64,000 nucleotides of DNA, from the NCBI GenBank assembly GCA_026398415.1, contig JAPLSY010000030.1, forward strand, positions 21,306 to 85,305, given 5' to 3'. Origin of the DNA: Kiritimatiellota bacterium (GTDB lineage: Bacteria; Verrucomicrobiota; Kiritimatiellia; JAAZAB01). Under the pieces are notes generated by a model that saw nothing but the letters and a program-made list of their open reading frames with translations, was not told the DNA's origin and did no database searches. Shown piece by piece: positions 18,150-27,557 of this stretch (positions are counted from its first letter, which is position 1; every line of letters starts with the position of its first letter). The translations under genes were made by a program, and so were the position numbers.

Positions 18150-19391
18150 TTAATGCTCATGATTCAACAGATAACGGAATTTGCCGGGGGTAAGGTTGAC
18201 GGCATCCTTGAAGGTACGGGTAAAGTGGCTTTGATCCGTGAAGCCGCAGCACAGGGCAATGTCGCTGACTTTCATAGTCGTGGTGGATAGCAGGCGCCGG
18301 GCTTCCGCGATGCGCTTTTCGTGAAGCAACTGGTGAAAAGTCTTGCCGGTTTCCCGGCGCAACGTATGCGCCAGGGAGGAAACACTGGCGCCCGTGGCGC
18401 GCGCGGCGGAGGCCAGGATTGCTTTGCCGGAGTAATGACACTGGATCCAGTTCAACGCCCGATCAGGAAGCGAGCCCTCCTTCTCGGAGTACTCTTCAGC
18501 GACCAGATGCTGCTGAATCATGTCCGCCACTTCACAGCAAGCGGCTTCGATGGTGTCGGCCTTTTCAAGGCGATGCATGGAACGCAGCTCACGGTTGACG
18601 GCGGTCTCCCACGGCATACCGCGGAGCACATCCTGGCTGGTTATCACGGCCAGCAGTATGCGCAAATGCGCTTTGAGCTTGGTCAGATCCCAGTTGCTGG
18701 CCATGAGCAGTTTGGCGAGAAAAATCGAGACTAACTGACGCGTGCGCTCCCGGTCCTGCCGGTTCAAATGCAAAACCATCCGGCATGTATCCACCATGAG
18801 ATCCGACGGCGGCTGGGCAGCGTTGCGCAAAACTTCCGCTTCCTCGGCAATTTCGCGCTGTTGCAGGTAACGGGCATTCTGCCGGGCAAAGAACGCAGAA
18901 GAATTCAAGCCCGACGAGAAGGTGGCATCCATGACATACTGGCCCAGGCCGCGCAGGGCGCTCGGCGTGATCGGCTTCAGCGAATCCAACGTCTTGCGCA
19001 GCGCCGGCACATCCCGCCGGGGCAACATGTTCAGACGTTCGCCAACTGTTTCGCGGATATCCGATTCCGGGGAATAGAATCCGCCCAGCGAAATTCCACC
19101 ACGCCCGATATTGCGCGGCGCCACCGCCACGGTGACAAAGAGCAATCCCGCCCAGCATTCCGAGTAAAACGGCTCGCCGGACGATAACGCGTTCAATGCC
19201 GCGTTACAGCAGGTATGGCGGCAAAATGAACGGGCGGACGGATGCTCCAGACATTGCCGGCAAAAGTCACAGAGCGCCCCATTGCGCAATGGACCTTGCT
19301 CGCTCAGATCATGATAGACCGCACCCTGCCGGCTCACCGATCCGATTTCGTTCAGTAACGACCCGATGCGCTTTGAAAAATCTTCATTCAT
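18150..19391 (-). CDS. AraC-family regulator with PocR sensor domain
   Basis: FC...C...GEP...CWAGL PocR pattern; C-terminal KVSDIALCCGFTDQSHFTRTFK...TPGKFR. Confidence 0.9.
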   Translation of the reverse strand: MNEDFSKRIGSLLNEIGSVSRQGAVYHDLSEQGPLRNGALCDFCRQCLEHPSARSFCRHTCCNAALNALSSGEPFYSECWAGLLFVTVAVAPRNIGRGGISLGGFYSPESDIRETVGERLNMLPRRDVPALRKTLDSLKPITPSALRGLGQYVMDATFSSGLNSSAFFARQNARYLQQREIAEEAEVLRNAAQPPSDLMVDTCRMVLHLNRQDRERTRQLVSIFLAKLLMASNWDLTKLKAHLRILLAVITSQDVLRGMPWETAVNRELRSMHRLEKADTIEAACCEVADMIQQHLVAEEYSEKEGSLPDRALNWIQCHYSGKAILASAARATGASVSSLAHTLRRETGKTFHQLLHEKRIAEARRLLSTTTMKVSDIALCCGFTDQSHFTRTFKDAVNLTPGKFRYLLNHEH

Positions 19392-19457
19392 CTGCGCAAG
19401 AATGTACCATATAATTGCAGGAATATACAAGATTGATCGCCGATAATCTGGCACATT
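19360..19457 (-). promoter_or_regulatory. Divergent promoter region between araC and metF-like gene
   Basis: 21-bp-spaced direct repeat (minus strand ATTCCTGC at 19424-19417, ATTCTTGC at 19403-19396); duplicated at 17897-18003. Confidence 0.7.
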
Positions 19458-19525
19458 GCGTCACTTGCCATCGCTCGCTTTTGCAGGCAGAATGGAGCAG
19501 GCAGCATTCAGGAATTGCCAGCACC

Positions 19526-20323
19526 ATGCAACATCATATCGACAATAAAATCTATCACATCGAGATCCTGACCCCGAAGCAAAACACCGAAAAGCTCGAC
19601 GAGGATCTGGCAAAGTTCGCGGAAAAGTACACCGCCGTGGTTGGGGCTGGCTATGCGGCGTGCATCACGGATAATCCCATGGGCCATCTCAGCTTCCAGG
19701 CCACGGACATCATTCCGGAATTAGCGCTTCCCGTAAAACCCGATCAACTCATGATCCATCTCAACACCTTTCACACCAAGGATGCGATGGATCAGATTCT
19801 GGATACGGCTTCCCGGATGGGCGTAAAGTACCTGCTGGTTGTCTCCGGCGATGGCAACGAGCGGCTACCCAGACTCAAGCCCGAGGCCATTGGCGCGAAG
19901 AGCCAGGTCGTCACCTCGGTTGAGTTGCTGCGCTACATTCACCAACGTCATCCAGGGACTTTCACCTGCGGCGTGGTCTTCAATCCCTACGAGCCGCAGG
20001 ATCATGAACTGGGAAAAATGCGCCGCAAGGTGGATGCCGGGGCAAAGTTTGTGTGCACCCAGCCGGTGATCGGCAAGGATGAGCGCGTGGACGCGCTCCG
20101 GCCCTTCGGTCTGCCCATCATCATTAATGCATGGATGTCCAAGAACATTCATCTGCTTTCCGAGTGCGTGGGCTACACCATCCCGGAGAATACGCCTTAC
20201 GATCCGATGGCGAACCTTCGTCAATTGCACAGGCACTACCCGGATTGCGGCCTGTACCTTGCGCTCTTGGGCTACAAGACGCAGTTCCCGCTGCTCAAGG
20301 AAGTATTAGGAAACACGCGCTGA
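19526..20323 (+). CDS. Second, short and divergent methylenetetrahydrofolate reductase-like flavoprotein
   Basis: ACITDNPMG, LLVVSGDG, RRKVDAGAKFVCTQPV; start uncertain. Confidence 0.75.
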   Translation: MQHHIDNKIYHIEILTPKQNTEKLDEDLAKFAEKYTAVVGAGYAACITDNPMGHLSFQATDIIPELALPVKPDQLMIHLNTFHTKDAMDQILDTASRMGVKYLLVVSGDGNERLPRLKPEAIGAKSQVVTSVELLRYIHQRHPGTFTCGVVFNPYEPQDHELGKMRRKVDAGAKFVCTQPVIGKDERVDALRPFGLPIIINAWMSKNIHLLSECVGYTIPENTPYDPMANLRQLHRHYPDCGLYLALLGYKTQFPLLKEVLGNTR

Positions 20324-20381
20324 GGAAGCTGACAAAAAAGGAGGCATCATTACCACACCTTGGAAGAGATGGCGGATCGCA

Positions 20382-21605
20382 TTGATGGGGGTGCTGTTGC
20401 AACTCTGCCTGGGCACGGTTTATGCCTGGAGCTATTTCCAGAAACCGCTGGTAGCCGTCTACGGGTGTTCAAACAGCCAGATCGCTTGGGGCTTTTCGCT
20501 GGCTATTTGTTTCCTGGGCCTGTCCGCCGCCTGGGGCGGCCTTAACCTGGAACGTTTCGGACCCCGACGATTGGCCATGACGGGTGGATTCCTTTACGCC
20601 CTCGGCTACCTGATCGCCGGCTGGGCCATTGCCTCAAAATCCCTGGTCTGGCTGTATCTGGGGTTTGGCGTGATCGGCGGGATCGGCCTCGGGTTGGGCT
20701 ACGTCACGCCCGTCGCCACGGTCGCTAAGTGGTTCCCGGACAAAAAGGGACTTGTCACCGGAATGGTGGTGATGGGGTTCGGTTTCGGCGCCCTGATCAT
20801 GGCCAAGATCATTGCCCCGCTCTTGATGACGGCGACCGGACAGAATCTGCCGCAAGTTTTCTTTTGGATTTGCGGCATAATGCTTGTCATGACATTGCCG
20901 GCGGCCGCTTGTTTGCAGAATGTCCCTGCGGCCCAGTCCGGCCGGCAATCCGGCGCAACACCGGTGGCATCCGCCAAAACAGCCTTGAAATCCAGCGCCT
21001 TTAGGCTGATGTGGCTTGTATTTTTCATCAACATCACAGCCGGAATAATGTTCATCGGCTTTCAATCGCCAATGTTGCAGGATCTCATGCATGCCAAAAA
21101 TACGGAATTGACGGCAGGAGTATTGAGCGCAGCCGGCGCCACGCTCATTGCCATCAGCTCATTGTTCAATGGTTTTGGGCGGCTGTTCTGGGGCGCGATT
21201 TCCGATAAGCTGGGACAAATCCGGGTGTTCCGGCTGATTCTGATCAGCCAGATATTCGTGTTTGCCGGGCTCATCGTCGTGCGGGAACCATGGCTGTTCG
21301 GCGTATTGGTCTGTTACGTACTGCTGTGCTATGGCGGCGGATTCGGCGTCATGCCGTCGTTTACCGGAGTCATGTTCGGGCAGTCGGTCATGCCCACAGT
21401 TTATGGCACGATTCTTACGGCCTGGTCGGCCGCGGGGATTGTGGGGCCCCAGCTGGCCGCTTTCATCAAGGACCATTACGCCGAACAGGCCGGACGGCTG
21501 ACGTTCAGCGTGGCGGTACTATTACTGTTGGTGGGCGCGGCCTTGTCGTTTCGGCTTCGCCCGCCTACACCCCCCGGCAAAGGGGACAGGCCGGATTGCG
21601 GTTGA
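20382..21605 (+). CDS. OFA family (oxalate/formate antiporter-like) MFS transporter
   Basis: QLCLGTVYAWS, KWFPDKKGLVTG..VMGFG, FNGFGRLFWGAISDK, YGGGFG; start may be further upstream (ATT at 20349). Confidence 0.9.
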   Translation: MMGVLLQLCLGTVYAWSYFQKPLVAVYGCSNSQIAWGFSLAICFLGLSAAWGGLNLERFGPRRLAMTGGFLYALGYLIAGWAIASKSLVWLYLGFGVIGGIGLGLGYVTPVATVAKWFPDKKGLVTGMVVMGFGFGALIMAKIIAPLLMTATGQNLPQVFFWICGIMLVMTLPAAACLQNVPAAQSGRQSGATPVASAKTALKSSAFRLMWLVFFINITAGIMFIGFQSPMLQDLMHAKNTELTAGVLSAAGATLIAISSLFNGFGRLFWGAISDKLGQIRVFRLILISQIFVFAGLIVVREPWLFGVLVCYVLLCYGGGFGVMPSFTGVMFGQSVMPTVYGTILTAWSAAGIVGPQLAAFIKDHYAEQAGRLTFSVAVLLLLVGAALSFRLRPPTPPGKGDRPDCG

Positions 21606-22317
21606 TGCGCACCGAGCGGAACTCCAGACGCAAGGCGTTATAGGTCAGCAGGCGGTTGGTCAAAAGCTCGCCGAGCCCGAGCAGATATTTGATGGCTTCC
21701 GTGGCCTGGATGGTTCCAATCACTCCCGGCACAACACCCAGCGGACCCTGCGGCGGTTCTTTGTTGCCCGGCGGCAGCTCGTCAAACACGCACCGCAGGC
21801 AGGCGGTTTTACCCGGAATTACGGTCAGCGTCTGGCCAATGAATTTAAGTATACCGGCATGCGAATATGGTTTGCCAATGGCGTGACAGGTCCCGGCAAT
21901 CATAAATTTGGATTCGAAATTATCGGTGGCATCAATGATAAAATCATATTCCTTAAACAACCCCGGCGCATTTCCAGCGGTCAGGCGCAGATTGTGGGCA
22001 TTGATCCGAACATCCGGATTGAGTGCCGCAAAGGCGCGCGCCGCCGATTCTATTTTGAATCGCCCCAGGTCGGCGGTGGTATGCGCAATCTGGCGCTGAA
22101 GATTGCTGAGTTCAAGGGTATCGCCATCCACAAGACCAAGCGTGCCGATTCCCGCCGCCGCCAGGTAATAACCGGCGGGCGAACCCAGGCCCCCCACCCC
22201 GATCAGCAGGACGCGGCTCGCCAGCAGCTTTTTTTGTCCCGCCGCGCCAATTTCCGGCAGGCTGATTTGCCGGGCATAGCGCTGGCGTTGCGCTTTACTC
22301 AATAGTTCCACACTCAT
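21565..22317 (-). CDS. thiF: ThiF/MoeB family adenylyltransferase
   Basis: RYARQISLPEIG..GQKKL, GVGGLG, DGDTLELSNLQRQ, CLRC, RNPACPLC. Confidence 0.88.
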   Translation of the reverse strand: MSVELLSKAQRQRYARQISLPEIGAAGQKKLLASRVLLIGVGGLGSPAGYYLAAAGIGTLGLVDGDTLELSNLQRQIAHTTADLGRFKIESAARAFAALNPDVRINAHNLRLTAGNAPGLFKEYDFIIDATDNFESKFMIAGTCHAIGKPYSHAGILKFIGQTLTVIPGKTACLRCVFDELPPGNKEPPQGPLGVVPGVIGTIQATEAIKYLLGLGELLTNRLLTYNALRLEFRSVRINRNPACPLCRGV

Positions 22318-22514
22318 CCTCCTCCCGCGAGACTGAGCAACTCGATCCGGTCTCCTTCGCGCAGGATGACGTCGCCGACCTTCTGCCGACTGATAACTTC
22401 GTCATTAACTACGGCAACCATTCGGGTCCCGGGGCTCCAGCGTTCGAGAAACGCCTGGAGCGTCAGGGGTTCTTCGTAACGGCACGTTTCGCCATTGACT
22501 GTTAATGTAATCAT
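22314..22514 (-). CDS. thiS: Sulfur carrier protein ThiS
   Basis: 66 aa, VNGE...VAVVNDEVI...GDRIE..., C-terminal GG. Confidence 0.88.
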   Translation of the reverse strand: MITLTVNGETCRYEEPLTLQAFLERWSPGTRMVAVVNDEVISRQKVGDVILREGDRIELLSLAGGG

Positions 22515-22517
22515 ATT

Positions 22518-25500
22518 TTATCTGCTTGCGTCGTTTAACCGTCGCGAGCGCCAGATGAAAAAGATCGCGGGATAAACCACCAGTTCCATGATCGTGGAGG
22601 TTATAACGCCGCCGATCATGGGCAAGGCAATGCGTTTCATAACATCGGCGCCGGCGCCGTGGCTCCACATGATAGGAAGCAAACCGGCAATAATGACTGA
22701 AGCCGTCATGGCCTTCGGACGCACGCGCTTGACTGCGCCGTGATAGATGGCATCGCGCAGGTCGGCGAGATTACGCATGAGACCTTTTCGCTGCCATTCA
22801 CCGTATGCCAGGTCGAGATAAAGGAGCATCACGACGCCCGTTTCGGCGTCGAGACCGGCCAGCGCGATGATGCCAATCCAGACGGCAACGCTCAGGTTAT
22901 AGTGGAACAAGGCGAGGGCCCCAAAGGCGCCCACGAGCGAAAAAGGCACCGCCAGCATGACAATAATCGTTTTGACTGCGGACCGCGTGTTCAGATAGAT
23001 GATCAGGATGATGATGAGCAGCGTCACGGGCACCACGATCATCAGCCGTTGTTTGGCCCGGAGCATGTATTCATACTGGCCGCTCCAGAAGATGTTGTAG
23101 CCGGAAGACAGTTTGATCGCACCCCTGGCAATGGCTGCGTTGACGGCGCGCTGCGCCATTTGCACATAGGTACCGACATCCATGCCTTTAACGTCCACGT
23201 AAATCCAGGCATTGGGCACGGCGGCCTCGCTCTTGATGCCCATCGGGGCATGCACCGTCTCAATGGTTGCCAATTGGCCAAGAGGAATTTGCGCCCCCAT
23301 GGGGGTAGGCACGACTATTTCGCGCAAAGCGCCGAGATTTTCCCGGAAATCGCGACTATAGCGAAGGTTGATGGCGTATCGCTCCAAACCTTCGACCGTG
23401 GTGGTCAGAGGCATGCCGCCCAAGGCCACTTCCAGGATATCCTGAACGTCGCCAACCTTAAGGCCGTAGCGGGCAATGGCGTCGCGGTCGATCGTGAACT
23501 GGATGTAGTTGCCGCCCATGGTGCGCTCGGCGAACGCGCTTAGCGTGCCGGGCACGGTTTTCACCACGGCCTCGATCTCGGAAGCGATGCGCTCCAGTTC
23601 GCCCAGATCCGCTCCCGCCACTTTGATACCAACCGGGGTCTTGATGCCGGTGGCGAGCATGTCAATGCGCGTCTTGATGGGCATCGTCCAGGCATTGTTG
23701 AGGCCGGGAAACTGGATCGCTGCATTCAGGGCGTCAACCAGTTCGTCCGGCGTGCGTCGGCGATGAGCAATGATCTTTCCCTCGGCATCCTTGATATCCA
23801 CGACCGGCCACGTCTTTTCGTCTTTAAGCATGATCGTGGTTTCGAGCATATCGAACGGCGCCGGGTCCGTGGCGGTCTCGGCGCGGCCAATTTTGCCGAA
23901 GACACGATGCACCTCCGGAAACGTCTTGATAATTTTGTCCGTCTGTTGAAGCAGCTCACGCGCTTTGGTGGGCGAAATACCCGGGAACGTGGTCGGCATG
24001 TACAGCAAATCGCCCTCATAAAGCGGGGGCATGAACTCCGAGCCGATGTTTTGATAGGGAAAGAACTTACCCGCTTTGAAGGCCAGTTCCTTGACGCGGC
24101 CGTCCGGCAGCCGTTGCGCCGCCAAGCGGTTCCAGGGAAGAAATACCCAGATGATGAGCGCGGCCGCGGTAACGATGACCGCCCAGCGCCATTTGATGAC
24201 AAAATCAATGACGGGATGATAGAGCCAGATGAGAAAGCGATTAATGGGGTTCTGCTCTTCGTGCGGGATCCTGCCCCGGATGAAGAAGCCCATCAGGATC
24301 GGCGCCAGCGTGATGGAGAGTATGGCGGCCGCGGCCATCGAATAGGTCTTGGTGAAGGCCAAGGGCTTGAACAGCCGCCCCTCCTGGGCCTGGAGCGTGA
24401 ACACGGGCAGGAACGAGACCGTGATGACCAGCAGGGAGTAGAACAAGGTGGGCCCCACTTCGACGGCCGCGTCACGGATGATCGCCCAGTGGGGTTTTGC
24501 GCCCTGGTCGCGCTCCATGTGCTTGTGGGCGTTTTCGATCATGATGATGGCCGCATCCACCATCGCGCCGATGGCAATGGCGATCCCGCCGAGCGACATG
24601 ATGTTGGAACTGATGCCCTGGCCAAACATGATCAGGAACGAAATCAGCACGGCCATCGGCAGAATGGCGATAGCGACCAGTGCGCTGCGCAAGTGCATCA
24701 GGAATACGATGCACACCAGCGCCACGACGATGCTTTCCTCGATCAGTTTCTCTGCCAGCGTCTTGACGGCGCGATCAATCAGCGCGCTGCGGTCATAAGC
24801 GACGGTATAGCGCACGTCCGGCGGCAGCCCTTGCATGGCCTGGTCGAGCTTCTTCTTCACATCAAGAATGACCTGGCGGGCATTGGCGCCGTAGCGGACC
24901 ACGACGATGCCGCCCACGGTTTCACCCTCGCCGTTCAACTCGGCAATGCCGCGCCGCATGTCCGGGCCGAACTCCACGTTGGCAACCTGCCCAAGGAGAA
25001 TCGGCACGCCCTGGCCATCCACGCCGAGCGCGACTTTACGCAAGTCATCTAATTGCTGCACGTAACCGCGCACACGGAGGATGAATTCCTTCTCCGCCAA
25101 CTCGATGGAACGACCGCCTACCTCCCCATTGCTGCGCCGGATGGCCATGGCCACATCCGAGATCGAAAGGTTGTAGGCGCGCAGTTTGGTCGGATCCACG
25201 GTCACTTGGTATTGCTTGACAAAGCCGCCGAGGGAGGCGACCTCGGACACGCCCTCCACGGCGGAAAGTTGGTATTTTAAATACCAGTCCTGCATGGAGC
25301 GCAGTTCGGCAAGGCTACGGTTGGTAGAGTTGATGGCGTACATAAACGCCCACCCGACGCCCGTGGCATCCGGGCCGAGACTGGGCGTTACGCCGGCTGG
25401 GAGCCGGCCGCTCAAGCCGCTCAGGTACTCGAGCACCCGGCTGCGCGCCCAATACGGATCGGTTCCGTCCGCGAAGATCACATATACAAAGGAAAAACCG

Positions 25501-25763
25501 TAGAACGAGTAGCCGCGCACCACCTTCGCTTTGGGCACCGAGAGCATCTTGGTCGTGATCGGGTAAGTGACCTGGTCCTGGATGATCTGCGGCGCCTGAC
25601 CCGACCACTCGGTATAGATAATGACCTGCACATCCGACAGATCGGGAATCGCGTCGAGCGGAATGTTGCACACCGCGTAAACACCGCCTAACGCCAGTGC
25701 GATCGTTCCCAGCAAGACGATGAATTTGTTCTTGAGCGAAAAATCGATGATTCCTTGGAGCAT
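22518..25763 (-). CDS. cusA: CusA/CzcA family heavy-metal RND efflux permease
   Basis: LDAIPDLSDVQVII, GYSFYGFSFVYVIF, GAMVDAAIIMIEN, RVRPKAMT; start trimmed to MLQGIID. Confidence 0.93.
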   Translation of the reverse strand: MLQGIIDFSLKNKFIVLLGTIALALGGVYAVCNIPLDAIPDLSDVQVIIYTEWSGQAPQIIQDQVTYPITTKMLSVPKAKVVRGYSFYGFSFVYVIFADGTDPYWARSRVLEYLSGLSGRLPAGVTPSLGPDATGVGWAFMYAINSTNRSLAELRSMQDWYLKYQLSAVEGVSEVASLGGFVKQYQVTVDPTKLRAYNLSISDVAMAIRRSNGEVGGRSIELAEKEFILRVRGYVQQLDDLRKVALGVDGQGVPILLGQVANVEFGPDMRRGIAELNGEGETVGGIVVVRYGANARQVILDVKKKLDQAMQGLPPDVRYTVAYDRSALIDRAVKTLAEKLIEESIVVALVCIVFLMHLRSALVAIAILPMAVLISFLIMFGQGISSNIMSLGGIAIAIGAMVDAAIIMIENAHKHMERDQGAKPHWAIIRDAAVEVGPTLFYSLLVITVSFLPVFTLQAQEGRLFKPLAFTKTYSMAAAAILSITLAPILMGFFIRGRIPHEEQNPINRFLIWLYHPVIDFVIKWRWAVIVTAAALIIWVFLPWNRLAAQRLPDGRVKELAFKAGKFFPYQNIGSEFMPPLYEGDLLYMPTTFPGISPTKARELLQQTDKIIKTFPEVHRVFGKIGRAETATDPAPFDMLETTIMLKDEKTWPVVDIKDAEGKIIAHRRRTPDELVDALNAAIQFPGLNNAWTMPIKTRIDMLATGIKTPVGIKVAGADLGELERIASEIEAVVKTVPGTLSAFAERTMGGNYIQFTIDRDAIARYGLKVGDVQDILEVALGGMPLTTTVEGLERYAINLRYSRDFRENLGALREIVVPTPMGAQIPLGQLATIETVHAPMGIKSEAAVPNAWIYVDVKGMDVGTYVQMAQRAVNAAIARGAIKLSSGYNIFWSGQYEYMLRAKQRLMIVVPVTLLIIILIIYLNTRSAVKTIIVMLAVPFSLVGAFGALALFHYNLSVAVWIGIIALAGLDAETGVVMLLYLDLAYGEWQRKGLMRNLADLRDAIYHGAVKRVRPKAMTASVIIAGLLPIMWSHGAGADVMKRIALPMIGGVITSTIMELVVYPAIFFIWRSRRLNDASR

Positions 25764-25795
25764 AAAACCGTTTCCTGTTCGACTTAGTGCTGATG

Positions 25796-27550
25796 TTACG
25801 GCGCAACCGGTCCCGGAGCGATGGCCGGATGCTGTTGCCGCCATTCAGCCGGCGTCGGCTTCGGAGCTTCCATCACCGGGATGAGGGTCATGCCGCATGC
25901 CGGACACTTGCCCGGTTTGTCCAAGTGGACATCGCTGTGTTCAGGCATGGGACAGGCATAATAAAGCAGCTTGCCGCCCGGTGGCAGCTTGCTTAACGTC
26001 GCCGGTGAAATCGGCACCAGCGTCATCCCGCAAATAGGACATTGGCCCGGATGATCGTATTCGATCGAGACATGTTCGGGCATTGGACAGAGGTAAACCA
26101 GCTTTTCCGGTTTCGCCGGCATCGCCATGGCGGTTTGGGCGGGAGCTGTCTCGCGAACCGCTGCCGGGGCGGTGGCGGCCGGCTGGCCGGGCTTGATCAT
26201 TTTCTGGATGGCCTCGCGCAGTTGACTTTCTGAATCAAGCATGAACTGGCCTGAGGTGACAATTTTTTCGCCTTCATTCAGCCCGCTGAGGACCTGGTAA
26301 TAATCGTTCTCCGCCTGCGGACCGAGCGTGACGGTGCGCGGGTCGAAACGTCCGCCTGCCAGGGCCACAAAAACAGTGTTCTTTTCGCCGCTGCGGAGGA
26401 TGGCCGAGTCGGGCACCAGCAGGACCGAGGGCTCCAATTCAGAGGTGACGGTGACCGAGGCAAACATACCCGGTTTGAGGAAAAATCCCGGGTTATGGAA
26501 CTCCATGCGCACGCGGGCAGTGCGGGTCTTTTCATCCACATTCGGATAGATGTAGGTCACGCGGCCGCGGAACTGGCGACCCGGCAGGTAAGAGAGTGCC
26601 ATGGCCGCTTCCTGGCCCAGTTTGAGATAGACGATATCCTGTTCGTAAATCTGCGCATAGACCCAGACCAGCGCCAGGTCGGCCAAACGATAGATTTTCA
26701 TGCCGGGATCCACCATCTGGCCCTCAACCACATTTTTTTCGACGACAAAACCATCAATGGGCGAAAGGATGCGCAGGGTTTTCCTGGGCTGGAGCGTTTT
26801 CTCCAGTTCGGCAATCTGTTCGTCCGAGATATCGAAGTATTTCAACTTGGTGAAGGCACTGGTTCTCAGCACATCTTTCTTCAGCACGGCGTTGACGGGA
26901 GAAGCAAGTGCCGTCAGATATTCGGCTTGTGCGCTGTAAAGTTCCGGCGAGTAGATTTCGAAGAGCGGTTCGCCGCGGTGCACCTGCTGGCCGGTGGCGT
27001 CCACATATAACTTTTCAATCCAACCTTTGAACTTGGTGGTCACGTCAGCCAAGGACGGCTCGTTATAATCGATCGTCGCCACGCTGCGTATCGTCCGACG
27101 CAACGGGCCGCGGATAACCTCGGCGGTGCGGATACCCATATTCTGGATTGTCACCGGGTCAATCGTAATGGTGGACGATTCGGCTGTGGCCGCCTCGTCT
27201 GCATACACCGGCAGCATGTCCATGCCCATGCTGTCCTTACCCGGCGTCTGGCGCACTTCGCACGGGAGCATAGTGGATTTGTAGTACTTGACCTCTCGCT
27301 CAGTGGAACCGGCGCCGACGCCGACCTGCTTGCGAATCCTGGTCAGTTTCATCCCGCAGATGGGGCAGTTGCCCGGTTTGTTTTGAATCACCTGGGGGTG
27401 CATGCCGCACGTGTAGAGCTGTTCGGATTTTGCTTCGCGTGCGCTCCTGTGGTCCGGAACGGATGGTTTCAGGAAGAGTACCCCGGCGGCGACAATAAGC
27501 GCCGCCACAACCACCGTAAAAGTTAGCGTGAGTTTTATTTTTGTTTTCAT
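25796..27550 (-). CDS. cusB: CusB family RND periplasmic adaptor with four heavy-metal-binding modules
   Basis: YTCGMHP..PGNCPICGMKL, PGKDSMGMD, YSPELYSAQAEY, two C-terminal CPMPEH...PG.CP.CGM modules. Confidence 0.9.
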   Translation of the reverse strand: MKTKIKLTLTFTVVVAALIVAAGVLFLKPSVPDHRSAREAKSEQLYTCGMHPQVIQNKPGNCPICGMKLTRIRKQVGVGAGSTEREVKYYKSTMLPCEVRQTPGKDSMGMDMLPVYADEAATAESSTITIDPVTIQNMGIRTAEVIRGPLRRTIRSVATIDYNEPSLADVTTKFKGWIEKLYVDATGQQVHRGEPLFEIYSPELYSAQAEYLTALASPVNAVLKKDVLRTSAFTKLKYFDISDEQIAELEKTLQPRKTLRILSPIDGFVVEKNVVEGQMVDPGMKIYRLADLALVWVYAQIYEQDIVYLKLGQEAAMALSYLPGRQFRGRVTYIYPNVDEKTRTARVRMEFHNPGFFLKPGMFASVTVTSELEPSVLLVPDSAILRSGEKNTVFVALAGGRFDPRTVTLGPQAENDYYQVLSGLNEGEKIVTSGQFMLDSESQLREAIQKMIKPGQPAATAPAAVRETAPAQTAMAMPAKPEKLVYLCPMPEHVSIEYDHPGQCPICGMTLVPISPATLSKLPPGGKLLYYACPMPEHSDVHLDKPGKCPACGMTLIPVMEAPKPTPAEWRQQHPAIAPGPVAP

Positions 27551-27557
27551 AAAGCGA

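Noticed and set aside
21565-22514. ThiF/ThiS as a ubiquitin-like conjugation or defence system
   Set aside because: Canonical ThiF length and Zn motifs, ThiS ends in GG, thiG is nearby; no E2, JAB or nucleotidyltransferase genes.
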